Part shown: piece after piece, positions 1-12,659 of the stretch
Layout: each line of letters starts with the position of its first letter
Position numbering within the stretch: the first letter of the stretch is position 1
NCBI RefSeq assembly: GCF_963921235.1
Contig: NC_086108.1
Coordinates: forward strand, 23,312,001-23,376,000
Source of the DNA: Mobula hypostoma
Lineage: Eukaryota
Direction of reading: 5' to 3'
Length of the DNA stretch: 64,000 nt
Made by a program: the position numbers and the translations under genes
The notes under the pieces: generated by a model
Database searches by the model: none
What the model was told of the DNA's origin: nothing
The model's input: the letters and a program-made list of their open reading frames with translations, nothing else

Positions 1-24
1 CAGCTTTGCACTATCGTTAAATAT

Positions 25-1280
25 GAGAGATTCTGCAGATGCTGGAAATCCAAAGCAACACACACAAAATGCTGGAGGAACTCGGCAGGTCAGGCAGTAT
101 CTATGTAAACAAATAAGCAGTCGATGTTTAGGGCTGAGACCCTTCTTCAGGACCAAAAAGGAAGTGGGAATATGCTAGAATAAAAAGGCGGTGGGGGGGG
201 GGGGGAAGGAGGATAGCTGGAATCAGATGAGTTCGAAAGCTAAAAGGCTGGAGAAGAAGGAACCTGATAGGAGAGGAGAGTGGACAATAGCCTCTGCTTC
301 CAACACAGCATCGTCCGCAATTTCTGTCATCTCCAAAAGCACTTTAGTCTTACCACAAAACATAACTTTACCTCCCCCTTCACTCTTCTTTCTGCAGGGA
401 TCACTCCCTCCATGATTCCCATGTCCATTCATCCCTCCGCACTAATCTCCCTCCGAACACATATCCCTGCAAGTGGCCAAAGTGCTACATCTGCCTATTC
501 CTCTCTCACCTCCGTTCTGGGCCCCAAACAGTCCTTCAAGGTGAGGCGACACTTCACCTGTGAATCTGCTGGAGCCATCTGGTGTCTGTTGCTTTCAATG
601 TGGCATTCTCTATATTGGTGAGATCTGTCATAAGTTGGGAGACTGCTTCATTGAGCACCTCCACTCCATCTGCCAAAAGCAGAACTTCCCAGTGCCAAAT
701 GTTTTAATTCCAATTCCCCTTCCCACATGCCAGTCTATGGCCTCGTCTTGTGCCAAGATGAGTCCACCCTTAGGGTGAAGGAGCAATACCTTGTATTCCA
801 ACTGGGTAGCTTCCACCCAATTTATCCTTCCATTAAAAAAATTCCCTCCCCCTCCCATCTTCCTCTATTCCCCACTCTTGCCTCTTACCTTTTCTCACCT
901 GCCTATTACTAACCACCCCCCCCCCCCGGCCCCCGTATGCCATCACCCTTCCCTATCTCCTATGGTCCACTCTCCTCTTCTATTAGATTCCTTCTTCTCT
1001 GGCCCTTTATTTTCCAATCCACCTGGCTTCACCAATCACCTTTTAGCTAGTCTCCTTCCACTTCCCCCACCTTTTTATTCTGGCATCTTCCCCTTTCCTT
1101 TCGAATTGAATTGAATTGGATTGGCTTTATATCTTACATCCTTCACATATATGAGGAGTAAAAATCTTTATGTCATCTCCATCCTGAAGAAGGTTCTCAG
1201 CCTGAAACGTTGACTGTTTATTCATTTCCATCGGTGTTGCCTGACCTGCTGAGTTCCTCCAACAGTTTGTCTGTGTTGCA
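25..1280 (+). mobile_element. Penelope-like retroelement remnant (GIY-YIG end) with inverted terminal segments
   Basis: About 530-800 encodes a frameshifted GIY-YIG-like sequence (QSFKVRRHFTCES.../CFQCGILYIGE...EHL). About 25-290 is the reverse complement of the 3' terminal segment at about 950-1280. Confidence 0.8.
1103..1181 (-). mobile_element. About 80-bp 3' tail fragment of a Rex1/Babar-type LINE, inserted in the PLE
   Basis: gaattgaattgaatt...cttacatccttcacatatatgaggagtaaaaatcttta matches the 3' end of the Rex1-type copy at 55783-55855. Confidence 0.7.
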
Positions 1281-1899
1281 TCAGCTCTGCATTACTCACA
1301 ATTCGTTCCATATTTCCATTTTGATTGGTATTGTGCTTTCATTTGTATGTGTGCAAGCTGTATATCCTGGCTGCAGAGAAAGGTAGTAGCTGACACAATG
1401 GACAAACAATGTCACCAGCAGCATATTGGTGAGCTTGTATGTCTCACATTTTTCTATCATAGGGAGGTGGAATGAAGCAATTCATAGAGATCTCTGATGA
1501 AATGAAAACTGCTGAGATAAGTGGTACAGTGTGACATACACAAATTCTTCAGGGCAGTTTCTTATGGCATGAATATACACAAACAAAATTGACTTCTTAA
1601 AATCTTATATGTACTGCTAAAGCTTGAGGGAGTGTTCTGCACTGTTGTTTTATTGTTGGGGTCAATACGTTGTCCTGTGTTTTGTTTTTTGTAATGTAAT
1701 GTTTAACGTACACCTTCTGCCTGATTTCCCAATCATCTGGCACTTGCAGTCATTCTTATACTTGGTCACGTAGTTAGTGATTTTTTAATCATATCTCAGC
1801 TTCATTAATGTTTTTATCCCTAACTTTATTTGGTGTACTGGTGCAATTGAAATTTGCATTGTTTGAATCATTGCCACAATAACTCAATTAATCTGGATT

Positions 1900-2540
1900 G
1901 CTTGATTTAACACCACAGCCACCATGGTGCTGATCCCCTTCCTCTTAACGCAACTGGAATTGCACACTGGAATCATAATCGAACAGATATGCTGCTTATC
2001 TCCTCACGGTGAAAGGAATGACATTCACGTATCAACTGGTGTTGGTTTGGTCATCCATAGCTGCTTTAGTTTCGATTATCGATGTGGGATTTGTTCAAGG
2101 ATGTCCTGCATTGAAGTTTTGGTGTTGTGATAATTAGTTGGCAACGTTTGTAGTTATTTCACTACTATGCCGAGTGCAGTTTCAGCCATGAAAAGGGTTT
2201 CATTAAATCCTATTAATTTCTGTTTTGCTTGGGATCTCTGACGCAATGCTGGGTTGAATGCTACCTTTATATTGAGCGGAGCTGCTCTTGCAATCAGCCC
2301 TTGTATTCATATGTGGATTAAGACTATGATAAGGTTTGGAGCCAAGTAGCTTTGGCAATGTCTGAAGTTGAGCATGTTATTCGTGAGTAATTGCTGTTTG
2401 ATGGCACTACTGGTGACTCTTTCCATTGCATTACTGACATTTTGGAGAGAGCTGAAAAGGAAATGATTGACCATGATAAAGGAATTCTGTTGTTAGAGGG
2501 GAAATGAAAGAAGACATATTCATCCAATGTTGGAATTGAA
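1900..2540 (-). mobile_element. Old degenerate non-LTR (CR1/L2-group) RT fragment
   Basis: Minus strand reads about MERVTSSAIKQQLLTNNML..FRHCQSYLAPNLI, like the RT segment KVME...AIKQHLL.NNLL..QFGFR. Boundaries approximate. Confidence 0.45.
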
Positions 2541-2653
2541 GTCCATTATTTAGAATTACAGGAGTTTTATTCTGAAATAAATTGTGTTATTACCAGACTT
2601 GGGTGCCTGGAAAAGAACACACTTCATTCCCCAGGATGGACTTATTTAAAATT

Positions 2654-2656
<3 letters not shown>

Positions 2657-2690
<34 letters not shown>
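2657..2690. repeat. (AC)17 microsatellite
   Basis: Read directly from the sequence. Confidence 0.98.
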
Positions 2691-2694
<4 letters not shown>

Positions 2695-2924
2695 TGCCCA
2701 CTCTGAGCAGGGTTTTCAAGTCTCTGAATCCTATTAAAAGCAGTTGCATCTTAGATTCAGTTGGGATTTTGTATTAACCATGCCAATTTCCTCTTCTATT
2801 ATCAGTGGAAAAGTCTTTACGGATGCTAATTAGTTTGTGTTTGGTCAGTCTCAACTGAAAAATAGAAGGGACTTACTGAAGCTTCTGAGAAAATGATCTC
2901 TTCTTAACACATAAACACATAAGA

Positions 2925-4800
2925 TCCTTCAGGTGCTGTAAATCCAGAGCAACATGCACAAAACATTAGAGGAACTCAGCAGGTCAGGTAGCATGTATGG
3001 AAAAGAGTAAACAGTAGATGTTTCGGGCGAGACATTCCTCAGGACTGGAAAGGAAGGGGAAGATGCCAGAATAAGAAGGTGTGGTGATAAGTAGAAAAGG
3101 CAAAGGGCTAGAGAAGAAGGAATGTGATAGGAGAGGAGAATAGATCATGGGAGAAAGGGGCTGAGGGAGGATTACCCGGGGGGGGGGGGGGATTGAATAA
3201 TAGGCAGGTGAAGTGAAGAGGGAAGAGGCCAGACGAGAAATAAAGAAGAGACAATGGGGAGGGGAACAAATTTACTGGAAGCTGGAGAAATTGATGTCCA
3301 TACCATCAGTTTGGAGGCTACCTAAACAGAATATGAGGTGTTACTCTTCCAACCTGAGAATGGCCTCATTGTGGCCATGGACTGACATGTCGGAATGGGA
3401 AGGGGGATAGGAATTGAAATCATAAATGTGAGAAATTCTGTAGATGCTGGAAATCCAAAGCAACACACAAAAGTCTATCCTCCTTTCCCTCCCCCTCACT
3501 AATGTAGAGGAGGCTGCAGCAGGAACACTGGATACAGTAGATGACCCAACAAATTTGCTGACGAAGTGTTTCCTCACCTGCAAGGACTTTTTGGGGCCCT
3601 CAATGGAGGTGAATGGACAGGTGTAGCACTTCTGCTGTTTGCAGGGTTAAGTGCCAGGAGGGAGATTAGTGGGGAGACACACATGGACAAGAGAATCACT
3701 AGCAAGTGTTCCCTGTGGAAAGGGGAGAGTAGGGTGGAAGTAAAGATGTGTTTGGTGGTAGGGTCCCACTGAAGATGGCGGAAGTTGCAGAGAATGATGT
3801 ATTGGATGCAATGGCTCATGGGGTGTTAGGTGAGGATAAGTTTATATCCCGTTAAAATAGTGGGAAGATGGGGTGAGCATGGATCTCTGAGAAATGGAGG
3901 AGATGTGGGTGAGGGCAGCATCAGTGGTGGAGGAAGGGAAATCCTGTTCTTTGAAGGAGGATGGCATCTCTGATGTCCTGAAAAGGAAAGCCTCATCTTG
4001 GGAACAGATGCAGCAGAGGTGAAGGAATTGAGAAAAGGGAATAGCATCTTTACAGGAGATGGGGGGAAGGAAGTATAGTCAAGATAACTGTTGGAATTGG
4101 TATATATTTTTATATATTAAAAAGATCAGTTGCCAGTTTGCCTCCAGCGATGGAGACAGAGATCGAGAAATTGGAGAGAGGTACCAGATATGGTTAAAGT
4201 AAATTTAAGGGCAGAGGGGAAGTTGGAAGAAAAGTTGATGAAATTGACAAGCTCAATATGTGTGCATGAAACAGCACCAATGCAGTTCTTAATTGAACAC
4301 AGAAAGGGTTAGAGAACATAACAGGGAAGGCCTGCAACATGGACTGTTCCACATAGCCCAAGTAAGGGCAGGCATAGTGGGATCCATGGCTACAACCTGA
4401 GTTTGGTAAAGTGGAAGGAGCCAAAACAGAAATTGTTGAGGGTGAGGACCAGTTCTGCCAGATAGAGGAGGGTGTTGGAGAGGAAATGGTCAGGTCTGTT
4501 GTAAAGAAAGAAGTACAGAGCTTTAAGGCCTTCTTGATGGGGGATATAGATGTATAGGGACTGGTGAAAATGAGGCGGTCAGGACCTGGGAATTTGAAGT
4601 TGTTGAGGAAACTGAGAACACGTGAAGTGTTGCGAATGTAGTTGGGAAGGGACTGAACCACGGGGGATAAAATGGTGTCAAGATATGCGGACACGAGTTC
4701 AGTGGGGTCAGAACAGGCAGAAACAGTAGTCCTAACCAGAATAGTTAGGTTTGCTGATCTTGAGTAGGAGGTCGAAATGAGCAGGGCGGGAACACTTAAC
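2925..4800 (-). mobile_element. Penelope-like retroelement, 5'-truncated and degenerate (RT, GIY-YIG and terminal repeat)
   Basis: ORF 4194..4802 has the PLE RT-like VSACSDPTELVSAYLDTILSPVVQSLPNYIRNT. 3341..3583 has GIY-YIG remnants. The terminal repeat at 2925-3050 is like 25-153. Confidence 0.8.
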
Positions 4801-7019
4801 AACCAGAACTAACATAAGAAACAATTCCAAAAGAATTAAAGTGAATAGTTACATTGCATCTGAGAAGGTTAGTTGCGTTAATTTTATCCATAGACAGTTG
4901 GGATACGCTATTGTTTCTACCAACTTTGGAGAGAGTTAATGTGGATAATTCAGATTAGATTTTTAAGTGGTTCCAGCAAACTGTTGACGTTCTTGGTACA
5001 TGGGTGTGATTTCCATTTTGAGGGGCTCTGCTTCATAGACAAGCAAATAGAAACCATGCTGGAAGACATCAAAGAATGGTAGTAACTCTAAAGATCATCC
5101 CAAATGTGGCCCCAAAGGCGTTCCACCCTATTCTATATGTGGCTCAGTGCCTTGGCATCTAATATACAGAGAGTTATTTTCAAGCCAAGAATGGGCGTGA
5201 TGACTAGATCATCAAACCAGCAATATGATTGCTCTCCAAATCATTCTAAAATGATGAGAGTGGGGGATAAATAGCTTGATTTGGCTGATTTGTGTAATCA
5301 ACTCAGTGATTATATTCTTTGGTCCTTGGTTTGATATATTCATTGAACACGTTTGGCACGGATCCCTTGAAGACATTACCCTCCAATTGTTATTACGCAT
5401 AATTTTAGTGCTTTTTTGCAGTCCTTATACAAAGCTCATTTCTGACACATTAACTGTGGACATCAGGTATATGCTGTTGTCCCTTTCTCCTGATGCCCTG
5501 TATCTCAACCTGCTGTGAATTCCACTTGAGCTTGGTGTTGCAAACCACTGTTTTGGTCAGAAACAGAGAAGAAGCCTGTCAAATAAATACTTAATAAATA
5601 AATCAGTGGAAAACAAAACGTCTCTGATTTTATCTAGCGATTTGCAGAGAATCAACTTATCAAATGAAAATTAATAAAAATGACAGAGGAAATCTGAAAA
5701 GGATTTCTGAAAGTGATTCCAATGAATGATCTTGCTCTTTCCATAGAAGCTGCCTGACCTGTAGAGTATTAATGACATTTTCTGTTTTTGTTAACTCACC
5801 ATATGTTGACTCTTGAATACCAAACAGGGGACCAATTTGGAGGGCTTAGCTGGCCGGGGGGTGGCATTTTCAGTGGGACTACCAGAGCTCCCTGCGCCGA
5901 TCCGATGTCTGAAGTCAGAAATAATGGCCGAGTCCCGACTCCCAGAGGAGCTGGGCGGGTTGCCTGATTATTGCTGTAATATTTCCTTGGACTGATTTGA
6001 TTCTTGAGATGCTGCTGCAGTTTATAGCATCTAACTGAGAGTTCCAGAAGAACCCTAGGGGTATTGGTCCACCCACTACATATTGCTTTCTAATGTGATC
6101 TCCCTGAAATACTATTTTTGAGAAAATCCTACTCTTCAGAATTTGTCTAACATTTATGGCTTTTTAGTACCAATTGATTAAGAGAATATATTTTCATTTT
6201 CTGAAATGCTTAACAAAAATGAACATTTGAATGGTCTTTATTCAGGTTCATTTATTATCATAGGAATACATACCCAGGGTATAAAAGCAATAAAAATTAG
6301 TCATTTGCATCAGGTTCACAGTACATTTCATACATCATAAACATTTATAACATTAGCATAAATTAATATAAATTATACACGAACAACAATTTAAACAATT
6401 ATAACATAACAGCATTAGTCCAGGAATTGTGTAGATAATGTTGAACCAGAGGCAAATATTAGATTGGCAAGTCAATTGCATGCCATACATTTACGAGGCA
6501 GGTATCTGCTGTCGGTTCCCTGGTGATCACTACTGATTCTGAGATGACTGTTGAAGTCCTCTGACTCCCAGCCAGTTGCAATGACCATCAACAAGGCTGA
6601 GGTGGCAAGTAATGCAGTATGAAGATATATTAAAAACACGTACTTCTTATCACAGAAAACTTTTAAACAGGATCCAAACAAATGTAAATTACCACCGTGC
6701 TTAAAAGGCTAAAATCCTGTATTCTATGTTGGCCTTACTTAATAGTAGAAAATTGATGCCATATTCCAACATTGAGCAATGCCATTCTGGGAATAGAGAA
6801 AACATTACTAATGTTTTCTTAGAATGACACAGTAAAGCTCCAAGAACAACTTGAGTTTTTTGGTAAAGAACACTTCATCAAGTAAAGAAAAATCCTTTTC
6901 CTCATCATTTTGTCGATAGGCCATAGTTTTTCCTCTTCATGTCCACTTCTGAAGGGATTGATCACTTCTGGGTAAGTGTTCATATTCCTGTTTGTCAGCT
7001 GTGATTTCGTAAGTGTGCA

Positions 7020-7340
7020 TGTGCGATAGAGGAATAGACCCTTAACTGCAGCACGTCCATGCAGATAATCAAGTACCTACTAATCCTATTTTTTTGGAGC
7101 ATTGCCTGAGGCCCTCTAAGCCATAGCTTCTCAAAAAGCATTCTTACTTCTGAAATGATTGGAGAGGACCTGCCTTCACCACTTTCTCAGGAAGTAGGTT
7201 CCAAGATTTATGATCTGCTCTAAATTTCCTGCCCCTCACCATAAGCTCCTGCCCTTTGGTCATTGACAACTCTGCTACGGGGAGAAGTTACTGTCTGTCC
7301 ATTACTCTTGTAATTTTGTTTAGTTCGGTCAGATATAGGA
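7020..7340 (-). mobile_element. Old CR1 LINE 3' fragment
   Basis: cctgccttcaccactttctcaggaagtaggttccaaga is a degenerate version of the CR1 3' ends at 25800 and 28400. Confidence 0.5.
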
Positions 7341-7939
7341 TCTTGAGAGACGACAGACTGTTTCACCAGTGGAACTTTACAAGTTGGCCTGGTTCTAGTT
7401 TGAGCCTCTGGCTAATGTTAGACTGTTAGATATTATCTATCCCTGTGATATAGAAGCAGTCTAGTCTTTGGTAATACTCATAACTCTATCTGTGATCTGT
7501 TAATTGTGTCTCAGATCATAGGAATGTAAGGCCTAGTATTAGATATTATGATGCATGAATAAAACCAATTATTCACCTCGTTGGCATAAGTGCACCACAT
7601 ATAAAAATCTGATACTATGGCTGGTCCTTGACAAACATTAATCTGAGCCAGTTATTCAGCAGTGCATGATGTGCTAAATACATTTGGAGAAGGTATCCAA
7701 ATATCAAGTGAAAATGGAACCATTATTAGGATACATAAAGCCATGAAAAATCACTCGGGCTTACATCACAAAAGGCAAGAGCTGCATGGAACAAGACAGA
7801 TAAAATTACCATGGAGAGAAATAAGATGGAGTTACCAGAGCTTTATTCTATACAAAACTCTATCAGCCCGAGATGCCATCAAGAGACCAAACTGCACTCC
7901 GAATCTAGCATAGTAGAATTGAATAAATCTCTAAATATT

Positions 7940-8065
7940 CTTTAGGTTAGTTGGTCATTGTAAGTTGGCCTGTAATTAGACTGGGGTTAAATAGGTGGGT
8001 TGCCGGTTGGCACGGCTTATTAGGCCAGAAGGGCCTGTTTTGCGCTATATCTCTAAATAAAAAAT
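7940..8065 (+). mobile_element. SINE 3' half (HE1/V-SINE-like, CR1-type tail)
   Basis: ttaggttagttggtcattgtaagttg...ggccagaagggcctgttttgcgctatatctctaaataaaaaa. The tail motif is shared with CR1 3' ends. Confidence 0.55.
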
Positions 8066-8147
8066 ACACCAAATCTCCAAAAATCTAATACTCTGTGGAT
8101 TCTGACAGCACCAGTACAGTACAGCAGTTTCCGGATTAGAGTATGTA

Positions 8148-8207
8148 CAGTACTGTGCAAAAGTCTTAGCCATGTATATATATAGCTAAGACTTTTGCAC
8201 AGTACTG
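8148..8207. mobile_element. 60-bp palindromic Tc1/mariner-type MITE
   Basis: TA|CAGTACTGTGCAAAAGTCTTAGC ... GCTAAGACTTTTGCACAGTACTG, a perfect 23-bp inverted repeat. Confidence 0.85.
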
Positions 8208-8326
8208 AATATTGTTTTTCCATTTACCAAATAACACTTAACACTACTGAGCTAATACAAAGCCGAGTACTCTTATTTCTGTTTCCGAACCACCTTCCTA
8301 TTTTAACCAGTACTTATTTGAAGTTA

Positions 8327-8393
8327 CAATACTGTGTAAAAGTCATAGCCTTCCTAGGTATATATATGTGCCTAAGACTTTTGCACAGTACTG
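8327..8393. mobile_element. 67-bp palindromic Tc1/mariner-type MITE, same family
   Basis: TA|CAATACTGTGTAAAAGTCATAG ... CTAAGACTTTTGCACAGTACTG|TA, with TA on both sides. Confidence 0.85.
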
Positions 8394-8829
8394 TAACTCC
8401 AAATAATATCCCAGCACATTTTTATTTTGCTTTATTTATGTTACTGAGAAATAATGTATTTCACTGTGAACCCTGACAGTTTAAATTGATGTTTCCATTC
8501 CCATTTTTTGCAGTTTTCTAACTGTACCACAATTTCATACTCCTCTAGGGTATCAGGATTAGTCAGGAGTAGACCACCTGTCTCATCAAGGCCACTCCCT
8601 CACTTCATCAAGATCATGGTCAATCTATCTTGCTGCCAATTTCATTACTGCCCTCTTATCCATTGATTCGCCTTTTATTCAACAGATTCAAATACATGTT
8701 TCAGTTACACCTAAAATTCATTCAACTTGTACCTTATTCTTCAAAGATGCTTACTTTGATCACACAGCCTTAACGATTCTTGTGCGCCAATGTACAAACG
8801 TTTGCATTAAATATGCATTTTTTATTTGT

Positions 8830-9225
8830 TTCTCCATCCAGCATTTTCCCCTCCCCTCCTCTTCTATTCCCCACTGTAGCCTCTTGGCTCTTCTCACCTG
8901 CCTATCTCCAGCCCTGAGTCTCCTCCTCCTTCCCTTCTTCCTATGGTCCACTCTCCTCTCCAATCACATTCCTTCATTTTCAGCCCTTTACTTTTCCCAC
9001 CCACCAAGCTTCACCTTTCACCTTCTAGCTAGTCCTCCTTCCCTGCCCCACCTTTTTTTATTCTGGCATCTTCCCCCTTCCTTCTCAGTCCTGAAGAAGG
9101 GTCTTAGCCTGAAACATTGACTCTTTGTTCATTTCCATGCATGTGCCCTGACTGCTGAGTTCCTCCAGCATTTTCTGTATGTTGCTTTGGCCTTCCAGCA
9201 TCTACAGAATTTCTTTCTTATTTCT
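8830..9225 (+). mobile_element. Penelope-like element 3' terminal segment
   Basis: Similar to 850-1280. Contains CAGTC-CTGAAGA-AGGGTCTTAGCCT-GAAAC at 9086-9115. Confidence 0.75.
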
Positions 9226-9779
9226 GGCTAACATAACACCTTAATTACTCTTCCCCCTCTGGTGGTACAAAGGCAGCAGATCTGACTGTCACTTTACTCG
9301 TTCACCATTCCCTCCTCAACTTCACTTCTTTTACAAACATTCATAAAACGATATATTTATTACAGGATAGATGAAGGCCTTTGACCCATTATTGATACAT
9401 TTTCTCCACTGAACCTTTCCAATGAATTATTTGCTTAATATTTCCATGACAATCATTTTTGTCCTTTCTGCCAGAACTCTTGCCTAGTTTCTTTCATGTA
9501 CAGTCTGACACAGTGGGAAATTTTCTTTCCGTCCCAAAACTGGTGATGATCCTCCATGAAGTAGAATTCATCTTCTCCACAACCCTTTTTCTGTGTGTAT
9601 ACTGGTCTGATCATCATACATTGCTTTCTCAAATAATTTGCTCACTTTAGCTCAGAAAATAATTCATAAATTAAAACTATGCTAACTCCTAACACCTGAT
9701 ACAGTCACAACAATCTCTTGCTCATTCTCTATGAGTGTTGTTGGCCCAGAGATCCAGAGTTCATTCGGCTCCAGTTCCA

Positions 9780-10210
9780 GTTCCAGTTCCCTAATGCTGT
9801 CAGTAAGAAGCTGTAGCTGCTTTCAGGTGTAAGTTTCCCTGTCTTCCCACATTCCGCAAGAGGAACCCTCCATTGTTCTGACTCTCATTCTCAATGCTCT
9901 AACAGTGCAATGAGAAAGAAACTTACCAGAAGTTTACTTTAGCCTCCACCTATTCTCCCGAAGACTTTTGGGCCAAAATCTGAGTTCTACACTCTTACGC
10001 TGGCCCACTCACGCTCTGGCCACTCCCACAATGGCTGCTTCGCTTAAACTTATCCTCTTTATATTGGCCTTATAACCCAAACAATATCAAGATCCTGACA
10101 AGCCCCACTCACTTTTTAAATCCTGTACCGACTCACCCCATAAAGTCTCACACAATCTCAAGCTCTCTCCACTGAAAGTCCCAAAACACCCCTCTCACTT
10201 TTTGTTCTGG
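9780..10210 (-). mobile_element. Diverged CR1 5' end fragment (5' UTR and ORF1 start)
   Basis: cactcttacgctggcccactcac...acaatggctgct...ctttatattgg aligns by eye to 33995-34060 of the long CR1. Confidence 0.5.
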
Positions 10211-10299
10211 CATTCCATTTTCTGGAAATATAGTTTATCAGGTATAACTTTGACCAGACAGAGGCCAGAGTGAATGATCATATTTAGTGAAAGTGACAT

Positions 10300-11270
10300 C
10301 AGAATATTCAAAATCAAAGTCTAATTTGGTGTCATATGTAAAAATATATGTACCGTATACATACATAGGTACAATGGAAAAACTTGCAGCAGCGTCCCAG
10401 ACATGTTACCAGATTAGCAGCATTCACAAGCGAATCATAAATTACACATAAATTTTACACAATCTTTACAAGAAAGAACACAATTAGAACAAAAAATAGT
10501 CAATTTTAGTGTAAAGTGATCAATGTGGTCATTGTGTTGCTGTAATGTAATGGTTAGGGCTGTGCCCACTGGTTCACAAGCTGAATAGTTGAAGGGAAGT
10601 AGCTGTTCTTAAATCAGTGGTTGCCTTAAGGTTTCTGTACCTCCCCCCCCCCCCAATGGTAGCTGTGAGAAGATGGTATGGCCACATGGTGAGGCCCTTT
10701 GATGATATATGTTGAGTTCTTGAGGTAGCATCTCACATAAATACTATTGATATGAGGAAGAATGTGCCCATGATGTTTTGGGTTGAGTCCACTATTCTCT
10801 GCAGCTTCTAGCGTTCCTGTGCATTCTTATTGCTGTACTAGACCATGATGCAATGACTCAGAATACTTTCAGCAGTACCTCTGTAGATGTTTGGTAAAGT
10901 GTTCACCGAAGTGTCAAATCTCTTCAACCTTCTAAGAGAGTAAAGATGTTGGCATGCTTTCCCTGTCATTACCTGTACATGTTTGGCTCGAGACAGGTTA
11001 CCTGATACGTTAATGCCCAGGAATTTAAAGCTGCTACACCACCGAACCCTCTCTTTGAAGTCAACAATCAGCTCTTTGGAGTTATGGATGTTGTGCGAGA
11101 GCTTGTTGCAGCACCACTCAACCAGATGTTCTATCTCTCTCCTGTACTCTGTCTCATCACCACCAACAACAATGGTATTGTCAGCAAAATTATATGTGGA
11201 ATTGTAACTAAATTTAGCCACACAGTCATGTATGAAGAGAGAGCAGAGCAGAGAGCTAAGCCCTCTAAAT
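10300..11270 (-). mobile_element. Rex1/Babar-type LINE 3' fragment
   Basis: ORF 10838..11305: HDCVAKFSYNSTYNFADNTIVVG...DETEYRREIEHLVEWC...KELIVDF...FKFLGINVS...LYSLRRLKRF. Confidence 0.8.
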
Positions 11271-11731
11271 AATAGATTACTATTGGAAAAAAGAGGACAA
11301 TTCATATATGTGTGGATTAATATGGAAACCAGATTTAAATCCCGTGCTATGGCTCACAAGACTACTTTTTTTTTTGTTTTAAGTGTATTGTCATCAAAGA
11401 AGGGTATAATGTTACCAGGTTCTGTAAGATGTTCTATAATCAATCATCCAAACTGGACTGTTGAACTCTAAGGCTTGATTTCTGAAGAACTGATTTGTGT
11501 TAGGGGAGCTTTGGAGCATGAGATGGTTGAGAGTGCACCATGATTCAGGGAAAGACCAAACATTATCCAAATCCCTACTCCAAATGATGAACAGAATTTT
11601 GTTTTTGAAGCAGGCTGAGTCATTTCCAGATATCATTTCTGTTTAAGATTTTGTGAATCTTTTATTTTGATTGAAATGACAATGATCTCCTAAATAAAAA
11701 CATGCCCATCTTTCTTCCTTTCCTTCTACAG

Positions 11732-11924
11732 ATGATAGCTGCACTAATAATTTCACACCAAACCAAGTGGCCCGTATGCATTGTTACATAGAGCTGGTGT
11801 ATCAAGGCTGGATGTATTCTAAAAAACCTGCACCCATTTCAGTGGCTCCAGAAGTGATCGGACAGACTCTGGACTCTGTAACTATTCACTGGCTGCCACC
11901 AATCAGTGGGATGCTTTATGAAAG
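11732..11924 (+). CDS. PAPPA2: Pappalysin-2 internal exon (end of metzincin proteolytic domain and start of M1 region), 193 bp, phase 1 to 2
   Basis: Acceptor tttccttctacag and donor AG|gtaagt. Translates (D)[63 protein letters not shown](R). [12 protein letters not shown] is a pappalysin signature, and [15 protein letters not shown] matches PAPPA2 as I recall it. Not in the ORF track. Confidence 0.93.
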
Positions 11925-12659
11925 GTAAGTCCCTGTGTAAGACCTAGAGTGATCAACTGTGCACTTATAACTAATAACCTCAGCCATAAGCTCAGAATTC
12001 AGCCATGGGAGGAAGCAATTTTCCCAAGCCATCAGGTATAAGGGGCTGAAACTGTGATTCCATGCTGCCCAAAACCATCTTAAATTTGAGATATGCTGAA
12101 AATAATGTCCTTAATACATGCTTCCTTGTACATCACAAGATAATATTATGAAGAAGTACATAGTTATGGGTACTTATTAAGAAGTTTTGGTCTGTGCTGA
12201 ATGATTAACTACATGTCAATTGCTTACAAAAGGTAAGTATCAGGGAGAGAATTAAACCTTTAAAATCAAAAACTGCAATAGATTAGAGAATGGATTATAG
12301 AGGTAATAGACACTCACTGCATCTGTAGCAATGCCACTTAGTGTTTAAATGAAGCCGTTTGCCCTGGACAGGTAACAAGGGTCAGTAAATGGTGAGTAAG
12401 TTCTGACAAAGTGTGTAAATAATTCTTTAATCTTACATGATGTAACAACCTTGTGGGGAGGTTTCCCTTTGGCAGCTACTTCTAAATCCACACAGCACAA
12501 CATAGGTGTGCATATCAATGCTGGTCAGAACATTCAGTGGAGAGAAATTGCAACTTGTTACCACCTGGAGTGGCTGGGGTAGAATATATAGATTCTATTT
12601 ATGGGAGAATAGATAAATTGTTCCTGGGTTGGAGAGGAGAGGGAGGCAAAGTGCAGCAA

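Noticed and set aside
1..11731. Upstream PAPPA2 exon with the zinc-binding or Met-turn motif
   Set aside because: I found no HExxHxxGxxH or NYMSY-type coding segment by eye. It is probably outside the window, though a short exon could have been missed.
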